Shown here piece after piece: positions 37,278-46,760 of a DNA stretch of 64,000 bases; position 1 is the stretch's first letter; each line of letters starts with the position of its first letter. The notes beneath the pieces were generated by a model. That model ran no database searches, was not told where the DNA came from, and saw nothing but the letters and a program-made list of their open reading frames with translations. The DNA comes from Candidatus Forterrea multitransposorum CG_2015-17_Forterrea_25_41 (lineage in GTDB: Archaea > Iainarchaeota > Iainarchaeia > Iainarchaeales > CSSED10-239). The stretch is taken from contig CP045477.1 in the NCBI GenBank assembly GCA_009392915.1, forward strand, positions 544,001-608,000. Direction: 5' to 3'. The translations under genes were made by a program, and so were the position numbers.

Positions 37278-38198
37278 TTATTTTTCAGACTTTAAATCTA
37301 AAAACATATGATATGATGCAATTGCTCCTTGAGAAGTAGAAGTTACAATTTGCTTAAGTTCTGTATGGTTAGTACAATCTCCAGCTGCAAATACACCTTC
37401 AATATTAGTTCTTTGAGCTTTATCTACAATAATTTCACCATGATCATCAAGTTTTATACTTAATTTATCTAAAAGCTCTGTATTTGGAACATGACCTATC
37501 TCAATAAATATTCCATCTAATACCATTTCATTATCATCTTTTAATTTAATTTTTTCTAATTTTTCAGAACCAATTAATTCTTTTATTTCAGAATTATAAA
37601 CAACTTCTACATTTTCTTGTTTAAATAAAGAATCAAGCCACATAGGTTCTGCTCTTAATTGAGAGCCTCTATATATTAAATAAACTTTCTTTGCAATTTC
37701 AGAAAGTAATAAAGCAGCAGTTACAGCAGCATCAGAACCACCAATAACACCTACAATTTTATCTTTATAAAAAGCTCCATCACAGGTAGCACAATAATGA
37801 ACCCCTTTACCTAAATATTTTTCTTCATTTTCAATATTTAAAGTTCTTTTTTTCTTTCCTATTGCAAGTAAAACTTTTCTTGCTTTTACAGTTTCTTGAT
37901 CAGTATTTACTATGAAAAAATCATCTTGTTTTTTAATATCCATAACTTTTTCATATTTTATAGGAATTTCTAAATTATTAACTTGTTCTACCATTTTTGA
38001 AATTAAATCCATACCAGTTACTTCTAAAAAACCAGGATAATTCCAAATAGTGTGAGCAGTAGAAGTTACTCCTCCAAAAGAATCTGTAAACATTATAGTT
38101 GACATTTTATATCTTCCTGAATAAAGTGCACTTGAAAGTGCTGCAACACCACCACCAACAATAACTAAATCATAAATATTTGAATTATTTTCATTCAT
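37278..38198 (-). CDS. trxB: Thioredoxin reductase
   Basis: FAD-binding GxGxxA (VIVGGGVAALSSA), redox-active CATCDG, second Rossmann motif GGSDAAVTAAL. Confidence 0.85.
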   Translation of the reverse strand: MNENNSNIYDLVIVGGGVAALSSALYSGRYKMSTIMFTDSFGGVTSTAHTIWNYPGFLEVTGMDLISKMVEQVNNLEIPIKYEKVMDIKKQDDFFIVNTDQETVKARKVLLAIGKKKRTLNIENEEKYLGKGVHYCATCDGAFYKDKIVGVIGGSDAAVTAALLLSEIAKKVYLIYRGSQLRAEPMWLDSLFKQENVEVVYNSEIKELIGSEKLEKIKLKDDNEMVLDGIFIEIGHVPNTELLDKLSIKLDDHGEIIVDKAQRTNIEGVFAAGDCTNHTELKQIVTSTSQGAIASYHMFLDLKSEK

Positions 38199-38285
38199 TT
38201 TTTAATCACATTTCTAATTTTTAAAGTATTTTTCACTTGTATATATTTACAAGTATATATATTTACTATCCAAAAAATATATAAA

Positions 38286-38747
38286 CTAAACCTTTTCAAA
38301 CCTATCCCAAGGAAAAATCAACCAATCAACATTAGTTTTTGAATAGAAATCAGGATAAGAAGTACAGTTTTTTTTATTTACATAAAGACTTGCAATTTTT
38401 ACATCTTTTGGTTTATATTTTTCTTTTAATAAAGAAGAAATAAACTGAATAGTTTTACCAGAATCAACAATTTCATCTACAATTAAAATAGTTTTATTTT
38501 TTAGAAATTCTTTTGCAGGAAAATTAATTAATTCGATCTTACCTCTTTTTTCTTTAGAGTAAGATTTTACAGCAATACTAAAAAGATTTTTATTATCAAG
38601 AAGTCTTGATAAGTGAATAGCTGGAAAAAGGCCACCTACAGAAACACCTAAAATAACATCTGGAATATAGTTTTGTTTTTTTAATTGCAGAAATATTTTT
38701 TTACAATCATTTTCAATTTGAGTATAAGTAAGTTTTATTTTTGTCAT
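38286..38747 (-). CDS. Purine phosphoribosyltransferase (type I PRTase)
   Basis: PRPP-binding motif ILIVDEIVDSGKTI. 153 aa. Confidence 0.7.
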   Translation of the reverse strand: MTKIKLTYTQIENDCKKIFLQLKKQNYIPDVILGVSVGGLFPAIHLSRLLDNKNLFSIAVKSYSKEKRGKIELINFPAKEFLKNKTILIVDEIVDSGKTIQFISSLLKEKYKPKDVKIASLYVNKKNCTSYPDFYSKTNVDWLIFPWDRFEKV

Positions 38748-38815
38748 ATAATATTAATAAAACGAATAAAATAAAAATAGTATCTTAAAAAAAATAAAAA
38801 AAAGAAAGAGAAAAA

Positions 38816-39721
38816 TTATTCTCCATCTATATTAAGATTTAATTTTGCTTTAAGTTCTCTATATCTGTTTCTTATAGTAACTTCAGTTACACCAGCAACA
38901 TTTGCAACTTCTTTTTGAGTTCTTCTCTCACCTGTCATTAAAGCAGCTATATATACTGCAGCTGCAGCAACACCAGTTGGACCTCTTCCAGAAATTAAAC
39001 CAGATGCAATTGCTTTTTTAACAATTTGTTTAGCTTTATTTTCAACTTCTGAAGATAAAGTTAAAACAGAAACAAATCTTGAGATATAGTAACTTGGATC
39101 TGTTAAAGGAACAGCAATATCAAGTTCTTTTACAATGAACCTATATGTTCTTCCAATTTCTTTTTTTGTTAAACCTGAAGCTTCAGCCATTTCATTTAAT
39201 GTTCTTGGAACATTATATGTTCTACAGACAGAATAAAGAACAGCAGCAACAACAGCTTCAATTAATCTTCCTCTTATAAGTCCTTTTTCAACAGTTTTTC
39301 TATAAAGTAAAGCTGCAGTTTCAACTAAAGGATTTGGAATATTTAAATATGATGAAATTCTTTTAAGTTCTGTTAAAGCAATTGATAAATTTCTTTGAAC
39401 AGAGTTTGAAATTGAAGATCTTTTATGCCATTTAATTAATCTATACATTTGAGCTCTTGATTTTGTAGAAAGTTTATTACCTCTTAAATCTCTACCTGAT
39501 CTTTCAATCATAGTTTCAAGACCTTTGTTTATTTTTGTATATTTCATTGGTGAACCAGTACTAACATTATCTTGTTTTTCAGCATTATCAAAACTTCTCC
39601 AATCTTTTCCAGTATCGATTTGATCTTCTGATAAAACAGTATGACATTTACTACAGATATATTCTCCAGTTTTTGAATCTCTGTAGACTTTTGTGTTTCC
39701 ACATTCTGGACATTTAACCAT
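38816..39721 (-). CDS. tfb: Transcription initiation factor IIB (TFB)
   Basis: N-terminal zinc ribbon CPECGNTKVYRDSKTGEYICSKCHTV, a B-reader/linker, and two cyclin repeats with a C-terminal HTH (TQKEVANVAGVTEVTIRNRYREL). Confidence 0.9.
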   Translation of the reverse strand: MVKCPECGNTKVYRDSKTGEYICSKCHTVLSEDQIDTGKDWRSFDNAEKQDNVSTGSPMKYTKINKGLETMIERSGRDLRGNKLSTKSRAQMYRLIKWHKRSSISNSVQRNLSIALTELKRISSYLNIPNPLVETAALLYRKTVEKGLIRGRLIEAVVAAVLYSVCRTYNVPRTLNEMAEASGLTKKEIGRTYRFIVKELDIAVPLTDPSYYISRFVSVLTLSSEVENKAKQIVKKAIASGLISGRGPTGVAAAAVYIAALMTGERRTQKEVANVAGVTEVTIRNRYRELKAKLNLNIDGE

Positions 39722-39905
39722 TGTTTACACCTCTATATTTTTTAAAAATTATAAAATTAGTTTACCATTTAATCTTTCTTTGTAATTTTTGTAAAACCTT
39801 GTATTTTATATAAGTTTTTGAAAAATAAGCAAACCTATATAAATATAATAGTTTTTCTAGTATTTAAAGGTTTTTATTTTTAAGTTTTCAAGAGTTTTTT
39901 TAAAA

Positions 39906-41342
39906 TTAAATATCTTCTTTAAACTTATAATTTATAACACTTGAAGTAAAAGTAGGTCTGAAAAGTAACCTTATAGCATCTCTATTTGGATAATAAATAA
40001 CCCCATCATTATCTTTAATTGAAATTATCTTTACAGAAGATAAATTACCATCTCTAAAATCAACTTCAGATTTTGAAGTTGTTAAAAAATTAAGAGTACT
40101 ATTATCTTTAATTATTTGTTGGATACTACTTCCTAAATAAATATTATTAAAAACAAAACTTAATTCAGGGAAAACAACTAAAACATCATCTTTTAAATTT
40201 AAAGAAATATCTTCAACAATACCTTTTATAAAATAAGGAGCAATAGGATCTTTTGGATTAATATTTATTAATTTTACAGAACCAATGTTTTGATATCTTT
40301 GTTTAAATAATACAGAAACATTTGTTTTATTAAAAAAAGAACCATATTTTTTATCTAAAACTATTAATTTTGATAAAACTCTTAATTTTTCAAAATCATT
40401 GATTTCATTTGTAATTTTTATAGCTTTAACTTTTGTAATTAAATCTTTAATTGTTATAATATCTTTTGAAAAAACTTGATTAATTATTTTTAAAGAAACA
40501 TCTTTAAATGAAAAAATATTTACAAAAGCATCAAAAGGAATTTTTCCTAATGGCATTTTAATATCAGAATAATTTATTTTTTTAACAGGAAACCCAAAAG
40601 GATCCATATTAAGTTCAAATTTATCTAAAACTTCAGAATTCTGTTGAGGATAACCAAGACTTATAAAATTATTAACAGTATCAAAAACAATAACTGTTTT
40701 TGAAGAAAGCAAATAATTTTCACAAATAATTTTAGATATAAATAATCTATCATCAAGATTTGGACCATAAACAGAAACACTTTTTAAATTTGAAAGAGAA
40801 GTTGTAACAGTAATATCTTTCTTTTTACCTAAAATTAATTTATCTAAAGGAGTTGAAGATTTAAAATCTAAAGACAAAGGCATATTTGATAAAGATTTAA
40901 TAACTTCAGGATCTGAAAAGAAATAATCATTATCTCTTTTTTCTGCAAGTTTTAAAGAAATTAATTTTATATTATAAGATTTAACAACAGAAATTACAGA
41001 ACCTACCATCTTGTTTAGTTCAGTTATTTTTTTATCTACATGATAAGATAAAGTATTAATGTCTACATATTCTGTTTCTGTATGTAGTAATAAATATTTA
41101 AAATTATTTTTTGAACCTATGTCAATATGTTTTTGATAAACAATAGCTGGAAATGGAAGAGTATTTGCAAAAGTTTCTAAATCTCCTTTAACTACAAATA
41201 CCTTATATACTTGTATGAGTACATTAGTCTTATCTCTTAGTCTTAAAAAAGACACAAAAATATCATCCTTATACAAAATGTTTAATTCTTGATTTCCGTA
41301 TTTTCCTTCATATAAGGTATTCCATGTGTTTAAAGAAATCAT
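39906..41342 (-). CDS. Hypothetical protein (478 aa)
   Basis: Long ORF with good coding periodicity. No Walker motif or other signature recognised. Confidence 0.4.
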   Translation of the reverse strand: MISLNTWNTLYEGKYGNQELNILYKDDIFVSFLRLRDKTNVLIQVYKVFVVKGDLETFANTLPFPAIVYQKHIDIGSKNNFKYLLLHTETEYVDINTLSYHVDKKITELNKMVGSVISVVKSYNIKLISLKLAEKRDNDYFFSDPEVIKSLSNMPLSLDFKSSTPLDKLILGKKKDITVTTSLSNLKSVSVYGPNLDDRLFISKIICENYLLSSKTVIVFDTVNNFISLGYPQQNSEVLDKFELNMDPFGFPVKKINYSDIKMPLGKIPFDAFVNIFSFKDVSLKIINQVFSKDIITIKDLITKVKAIKITNEINDFEKLRVLSKLIVLDKKYGSFFNKTNVSVLFKQRYQNIGSVKLININPKDPIAPYFIKGIVEDISLNLKDDVLVVFPELSFVFNNIYLGSSIQQIIKDNSTLNFLTTSKSEVDFRDGNLSSVKIISIKDNDGVIYYPNRDAIRLLFRPTFTSSVINYKFKEDI

Positions 41343-41451
41343 AATTTACTCTCTTAAAAATATATATTATATTTATTATTTAAAACAAAACATTTTTAAT
41401 AACTTACATTTAAGATATTAACTATTGAAAATTTGGAAAAATTGAAAACTT

Positions 41452-42084
41452 ATGGTAGATAAAAAACTTATTCAAGATACTATTGTTGAATTACTAGATG
41501 CTAACATAGATAAAGACACTATTTATTCAACATTAAAAGATATTGGAGTTTCAGAAGATGAAATTGAAGAAAATTATAAAGAAATGATTGCTTCAAGAAA
41601 AGAAGGTGGGGAAAAAGACACCTCTCCTAAAGAAGAAACTGAAGAAGATGATTCTAAAGAAGAAGAAACTAAAGAAGATGAACCTGAAACTAATGAAGAG
41701 GATACTGATAAAAAAGAAGATGAAGAAATTGAAGATGACGACATCTTTGCAAATAATGATTCAGAAGATAAAGAAGAAGCTGTAAAAAAACAAACTACAA
41801 AAACAGACTTTCTAGAAGAAAATAAAAAAAGAGATGAAGAAAAACAAGAAAAAGAACTTAAAGAAACTTCTGAAACTGTTGACAAAGAAACTAAAAAAAG
41901 TATTTTTGATGATATTGAAAAGAAAAATACTGAAAAAAAAGAAGTGCCTTCTAAAATTAATTCAAGCCAACTTGCAGACATAGAAGAACAAGTTAGAGAA
42001 CTGAAAGCACAAATGAATGCCTTAACAAAAATAATGAAAGATATTTTAGAAGAAAATAGAAATATTTTAAATAAATTAAAATAA
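41452..42084 (+). CDS. Highly acidic (E/D/K-rich) protein with a C-terminal coiled coil (hypothetical)
   Basis: 210 aa. The low-complexity acidic middle region explains the antisense and alternate-frame ORFs at 41574..41981 and 41588..41785. Confidence 0.45.
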   Translation: MVDKKLIQDTIVELLDANIDKDTIYSTLKDIGVSEDEIEENYKEMIASRKEGGEKDTSPKEETEEDDSKEEETKEDEPETNEEDTDKKEDEEIEDDDIFANNDSEDKEEAVKKQTTKTDFLEENKKRDEEKQEKELKETSETVDKETKKSIFDDIEKKNTEKKEVPSKINSSQLADIEEQVRELKAQMNALTKIMKDILEENRNILNKLK

Positions 42085-42087
42085 AGT

Positions 42088-42474
42088 TTAATCTCTTAAA
42101 AGAAAACCATATTCTTTATTATTAATATGATCTAGAATATCTAATAAAACATTTTCTCTTTCTGCTGGAGCTAAATCTCCAAAAATATATCTAATCATAT
42201 CTTCTATTTGCTCAAGAGAAAAATCAGAAAAAACATATGCAAGTAAAGCCTTAAGATTAGATTTTGTAAAAAAAGATTTATTTTTCGATAAATATTCTTT
42301 AGAAGATTTTTTATTTCTTAAAATATTTTTAACGAATTCTTTTCCTTTATTAAAAAGAGAAGGCACATCTTTTCCTTTAATTTCTTTCTTAATAGAAGGA
42401 TTCTTAGGTTTAGTTAAATAATTTTTAATTTCTTTTTTAACTCTTTTTACAGAAGATTTAATTATTTTATGCAT
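42088..42474 (-). CDS. Hypothetical basic protein
   Basis: 128 aa, K-rich N-terminus. Confidence 0.35.
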   Translation of the reverse strand: MHKIIKSSVKRVKKEIKNYLTKPKNPSIKKEIKGKDVPSLFNKGKEFVKNILRNKKSSKEYLSKNKSFFTKSNLKALLAYVFSDFSLEQIEDMIRYIFGDLAPAERENVLLDILDHINNKEYGFLLRD

Positions 42475-42495
42475 AATTGTTTAAACCTATTTTAA

Positions 42496-42804
42496 TTAAT
42501 TTCCAAAAAGTTTACTAAAATCAACATCTCCAACATCATCTTCTTTTTTACCACCAGAAAAGTAATTTGTAATAACTATAATTAGTAAAAGAACTACTGA
42601 AGAGATTAATAAAAAATTAATATCACTTGCAAGAAGGAAGAAAATTAAAAAATAACCTGCTAAAACTAAAAGATTCCACCAACTTTTATCAAATAAAAAG
42701 TAAATACCTAAAATAAAAGGAATAAATATTAAAAGATCATACTTAATGCATAAAATAACTATAACCAACAAAAAGATTCTTGATAATATAGCTTCCAAAT
42801 GCAC
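42496..42804 (-). CDS. Small membrane protein (hypothetical)
   Basis: 102 aa, 3 TM helices. Confidence 0.3.
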   Translation of the reverse strand: MHLEAILSRIFLLVIVILCIKYDLLIFIPFILGIYFLFDKSWWNLLVLAGYFLIFFLLASDINFLLISSVVLLLIIVITNYFSGGKKEDDVGDVDFSKLFGN

Positions 42805-42812
42805 ACGTCCTT

Positions 42813-43079
42813 TTAAATTCTAAAATCCTTTAATAATTTTTTAATATCTGGTTTGCTTACAGAAAATAAAAGTGCACCAATTACTGCAAACCAAACAAAA
42901 TCAGGATATTGTACAAATAATAAATATACAATAACAATTGTAATAATTACTGAAAAAGTATTGTTTGCAACTTTACTTTTTGTCCAGGAATATATTACCA
43001 TTGAAATAACAATTAAAAGCACAATCCAGACAACATGCTGGAACGCACTTAAATATATAATATTATTCATACCTCTCAA
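42813..43079 (-). CDS. Small membrane protein (hypothetical)
   Basis: 88 aa, 2-3 TM helices. Confidence 0.3.
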   Translation of the reverse strand: MRGMNNIIYLSAFQHVVWIVLLIVISMVIYSWTKSKVANNTFSVIITIVIVYLLFVQYPDFVWFAVIGALLFSVSKPDIKKLLKDFRI

Positions 43080-43106
43080 TTAAATAAAGAAAGAAAAGAT
43101 TTAAAA

Positions 43107-43715
43107 CTATTTAGCTTTTCTTAATTTTGCTCTATTTGAAGGACCAGCTTTTTCAGTTCCTGTTCCTTTCTTCACAAGACCTCTATTTTTCTTACCTGCA
43201 CTTGTAAGTCCTCTTTGAGCTCTTGAAGAATGTTTTTCAGAAACTATCCAATTAAGATCCATATCATTAATTATTGATGGGTGATTTGGATCAACCATTA
43301 TAACTTCAAAATATTTCTTTTGACCATCTTCGCCAACATAATATGAATTTAAAACTTCTAAATTTTCAAAAGCCTTATCTGCTTTTTGTTCTGCCATTCT
43401 TTGAATAGAAACTCTTCTTGTAATTTTATTTATTCCCATTCTTTTTGGTCTTCTAGCGTTTTTAGGTCTTAAAATTAAACCTCCACCTTTTCTTACCTTA
43501 ACAAAAACAACAGAAACTCCTTGTTTTGCTTTATAACCAAGTTCTCTTGCTCTAGGTATATTTGATGGTTTATCAACTTTAACTATTGAACCTTCTAATT
43601 TTCTAAATTCAATTAATTTTTTTGTATAAATTTGTCTATAATCATAATTAGTATCTCTTTTTTTCTTATATTCATTTTGAATTGTTTTCTGAATATATTT
43701 ATTTGCACTTGTCAT
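43107..43715 (-). CDS. rpl15e: Ribosomal protein L15e
   Basis: KYIQKTIQNEYKK...LGYKAKQGVSVVFVKVRKGGG...PKRMG matches L15e throughout. Confidence 0.9.
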   Translation of the reverse strand: MTSANKYIQKTIQNEYKKKRDTNYDYRQIYTKKLIEFRKLEGSIVKVDKPSNIPRARELGYKAKQGVSVVFVKVRKGGGLILRPKNARRPKRMGINKITRRVSIQRMAEQKADKAFENLEVLNSYYVGEDGQKKYFEVIMVDPNHPSIINDMDLNWIVSEKHSSRAQRGLTSAGKKNRGLVKKGTGTEKAGPSNRAKLRKAK

Positions 43716-43871
43716 AAAAAAATCACACTCTTTTTAATTTGTTTTAAACTATTATTATTTTATATTTAAAATAATTATAAATAACTATGAAACGAAATGT
43801 TTATATATTAGATGGAAATTAAAGGCTAAATTAACCTTATTTTCATAAAAAATAACAAAATAAGAAGTATT

Positions 43872-44051
43872 ATGCTTAAAAAGAAAATAACAATAACAAA
43901 AAATGACTTTAATAAAACTTTAAGAGATATACTAATAGATCTTAATATAAATCCAGAAACAGTACTTGTAAAGATAGATGGAATATTTAAACCAATATCA
44001 ACTGTTATAAAAAAAGAAACTGAAATAGAAGTTTTAGTTGTAATAAAGTGA
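43872..44051 (+). CDS. ThiS/MoaD-like beta-grasp mini-protein lacking a C-terminal Gly-Gly, 59 aa (not in the ORF track)
   Basis: MLKKKITITKNDFNKTLRDILIDLNINPETVLVKIDGIFKPISTVIKKETEIEVLVVIK follows the ThiS pattern (I.I......TL.DLL..L.I.PE.V.V..NG.I.........D.IE.V) but ends in VIK rather than GG. It lies 7 nt upstream of an NcsA/TtuA-like gene. Confidence 0.4.
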   Translation: MLKKKITITKNDFNKTLRDILIDLNINPETVLVKIDGIFKPISTVIKKETEIEVLVVIK

Positions 44052-44058
44052 AAAAAAT

Positions 44059-44994
44059 ATGAATATTAAATGCGATAAATGTTCTAAAGATGCTTTAATA
44101 TATTTAGCATACGGAAAGCATAATTTCTGTAAAGATCACTTTAATGATTTTTTTGAAAGTAGGTTTAAAAAAACAATTAGACAATTTAAACTTTTTTCAC
44201 AAAAAGATTATTTAGGAGTTGCAACTTCTGGTGGAAAAGACTCAATGGTTTTACTTTATTTAATAAATAAAATATTTAGAGAAAAAAGAATTAATTTCTG
44301 TGCAATCTTTGTTGACGAAGGAACTGATAATTATTCAAATAAAACTTTCCAAGTTGTTAAAGATTTTTGTACTAAAGAAAATATTAAACTTGTAACCTCC
44401 TCTCATAAAAAAGAATTTGATATATCAACACAAGAGATTGGAGAAAAATATGATAAAAAAGAAGGAACTGTTTGCACTTATTGTGGAGTTTTAAGAAGAA
44501 AAACATTAAACAGACTTGCAAATAAAGAAAAAGTTTCAAAACTTCTAACAGGACATAATTTAGATGATGAATGTCAAACTATTTTAATGAATCTTTTAGA
44601 TAATGATACCTTAAGATTTTTTAGAACAGGTCCTGAAACAGGAATTATTGATATTGAAAATACAAGACCTAGAATTAAACCATTTTACTTAACTCCTGAA
44701 AAAGAAATTGCAGCATATGCTCTCTTTAATCAAATACCTTTTCATGATTGTAATTGTCCTTTCTTTAGAACAGCTAAAAGAAATCATTTTAGAAATTTTT
44801 TAAATGAAACAGAAATTATACATCCTGGATCTAAATTTTCATTAGTTAAAAGTTTTTTAAAAATAAAAGAACTTTCAAATCTTAAAAAAATAATTACTAA
44901 AAAAAATCTAAAAAAATGTAAAATTTGTAAAGAAGATACAAGTCAAGATATATGTAAGGCATGCGAGTTAATTTCAAAAATTAAAAAGATATAA
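44059..44994 (+). CDS. NcsA/TtuA-family tRNA 2-thiolation PP-loop ATPase
   Basis: N-terminal Zn finger CDKCSKD...CKDHF. PP-loop VATSGGKDSMVLLYL (SGGxDS). Catalytic Cys region CTYCGVLRR. C-terminal CxxC...CxxC. Confidence 0.8.
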   Translation: MNIKCDKCSKDALIYLAYGKHNFCKDHFNDFFESRFKKTIRQFKLFSQKDYLGVATSGGKDSMVLLYLINKIFREKRINFCAIFVDEGTDNYSNKTFQVVKDFCTKENIKLVTSSHKKEFDISTQEIGEKYDKKEGTVCTYCGVLRRKTLNRLANKEKVSKLLTGHNLDDECQTILMNLLDNDTLRFFRTGPETGIIDIENTRPRIKPFYLTPEKEIAAYALFNQIPFHDCNCPFFRTAKRNHFRNFLNETEIIHPGSKFSLVKSFLKIKELSNLKKIITKKNLKKCKICKEDTSQDICKACELISKIKKI

Positions 44995-45025
44995 AAAGCT
45001 ATTTTACCTTATAATATAATTGTTT

Positions 45026-45098
45026 GGTCCTGTGGTCTAGTGGTTATGACGTCGCATTGACATTGCGGAGATCCCCAGTTCGATCCTGGGCAGGACCA
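45026..45098 (+). tRNA. tRNA-Val (anticodon GAC)
   Basis: GGTCCTG acceptor stem, anticodon stem TCGCA/TGCGG with loop TTGACAT, T-arm CCCAG-TTCGATC-CTGGG, 3' acceptor strand CAGGACC, discriminator A. CCA is not encoded. Confidence 0.85.
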
Positions 45099-45122
45099 CT
45101 TATAATTTTATAAAGAAAATTT

Positions 45123-46760
45123 ATGAATCCTATAAAAGATTTAAAAACTGCATCTGAAAAGATAAAACAAAATAGTGAAAAACTAAAAGATGACTTTATT
45201 AATTATAAATATATATTAAATCAGATTAAGCAGATTATAGATTTTCAAGACGCTTTAATTGACCCTTTAAAATCACAAAAGAAAATTTTAAAGAAAATAA
45301 TTAAAAGAAATAAAAATACTGAGTATGGTAAAAAATATTCTTTTTCTAAAATAAAAACTATTGAAGATTTTCAAAAACAAGTACCAATTATAAAATATAA
45401 TGATATTTCAGAAGATATTGAAGAGATAAAAAAAGGAAAACAAAATATTTTTACTAGAGACAAAGTAGTATACTTTGCATCAACCTCAGGAACTACAAGT
45501 AAGATTAAACTTATACCTGTTACGAAGCAAAGAATAAAAAATTATAATAAAGAATTTGCTTTATGGGCTGTATATGTTCTAAAAGATTATGTGAAAATTG
45601 CAAATGGAAAAACACTTTATTTTGCAGGACCTTATTTTGAAGGTAAAACAAAAGGTAAAATACCATATGGTAGTATCTCTGGATACCTTCCTTTTAAATC
45701 ACCTTGGTATGTTAAAAAGAAAATATCAAATCCAATAAATGTTTATAACGAAATGAATTTTAATAAAAAAATTAAAAAAATGGCAATCCATGCACTCCAA
45801 GAAAATATAACCCAAATTGCTTTCACAGCACCAATTGAAGCCATTCTTTTTTTAGATTATATAAAAGAAAATAAAACTAAATTAATAAAAATAATTAAAA
45901 AGAAAAATTCTAAAAGAGCAGAATATCTATCCAAAATTGATGATTTTAAAGCGATTAATATTTGGCCAAATATAGGACTTGTAAGTTGTTTTAGATCAAA
46001 GACAAATGAAATGTATATTGACACATTAATGAAAAAAATTGGTAAAAAAATTGAAATTAGAGATCCAGGTATAAATGCTTCTGAAGGTAGAATATCTATT
46101 GGTATATCAAAAGATGGTATTTCAGGAGTATTTCCATTAAATACAACTTTTTTTGAATTTATTGATTTTAATAAAGAAAAAAAAGAAATAATTACAGTAG
46201 ATAAATTAAAATTAAATAGAAAATATAAAGTAATAATTACAACTCAAGAAGGACTATATAGATATGATATGGGAGATGTTGTAAAAGTAACCAGTTTCTT
46301 TAAAAAGATTCCTGAAATTAAATTTTTTACAAGAGAAAATTATCTTAATATCGCAGGAGAACTTGCATATGAAGATGAAATTGTTAAAGCTTTAAAAAAA
46401 TCTTTCACAGAAGAAAATTTTAAAATTAAATACTACACTGTAATTCCATATCTTAAAGATCTTTCAAAAAAACCAAGATATGAAATATTACTTGATCTTG
46501 AAGAAAATAAAACTGAAAAAGAAATTATAAAACTAAAAGAAAAAATAGATTTAAATCTTAAAGAAACAATAAACGACTACAAACAAATGAGAGAAGAGTT
46601 TGGAAGAATGGATATGCCAGTTATATCTATTCTTGAAAAAAATAGTTATGATGAATTTAATAAAAAAAGAGTTGTAGGCTCTGGAAATCCAAAACCAATA
46701 AATATACATCCTGAGCAGAATTTTAGAGAAAATTTTAAAATAAAGAAAACATATGAATAA
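45123..46760 (+). CDS. GH3-like acyl-adenylate-forming amido ligase (ANL superfamily)
   Basis: 545 aa. GH3-type motif VVYFASTSGTTSKIKLIPVT (SSGTT-like P-loop), then YGSISGY and the typical GH3 length and organisation. Confidence 0.55.
   Translation: MNPIKDLKTASEKIKQNSEKLKDDFINYKYILNQIKQIIDFQDALIDPLKSQKKILKKIIKRNKNTEYGKKYSFSKIKTIEDFQKQVPIIKYNDISEDIEEIKKGKQNIFTRDKVVYFASTSGTTSKIKLIPVTKQRIKNYNKEFALWAVYVLKDYVKIANGKTLYFAGPYFEGKTKGKIPYGSISGYLPFKSPWYVKKKISNPINVYNEMNFNKKIKKMAIHALQENITQIAFTAPIEAILFLDYIKENKTKLIKIIKKKNSKRAEYLSKIDDFKAINIWPNIGLVSCFRSKTNEMYIDTLMKKIGKKIEIRDPGINASEGRISIGISKDGISGVFPLNTTFFEFIDFNKEKKEIITVDKLKLNRKYKVIITTQEGLYRYDMGDVVKVTSFFKKIPEIKFFTRENYLNIAGELAYEDEIVKALKKSFTEENFKIKYYTVIPYLKDLSKKPRYEILLDLEENKTEKEIIKLKEKIDLNLKETINDYKQMREEFGRMDMPVISILEKNSYDEFNKKRVVGSGNPKPINIHPEQNFRENFKIKKTYE

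Noticed and set aside
41574-41981. Antisense 135-aa Ser/Leu-rich ORF and a 65-aa K-rich same-strand ORF (41588..41785) inside the acidic-protein gene
   Set aside because: Both are mirror or alternate-frame artefacts of the GAA/GAT/AAA-rich low-complexity coding sequence. Their low-complexity composition is not protein-like.
45123-46760. Alternative call of the 545-aa protein as an acyl-CoA synthetase or luciferase-type ANL enzyme rather than a GH3-like enzyme
   Set aside because: The STSGTT-type P-loop, the length and the absence of the acyl-CoA synthetase A8/A10 motifs by eye favour GH3-like. This remains uncertain without a profile search, so it is kept as GH3-like at moderate confidence.
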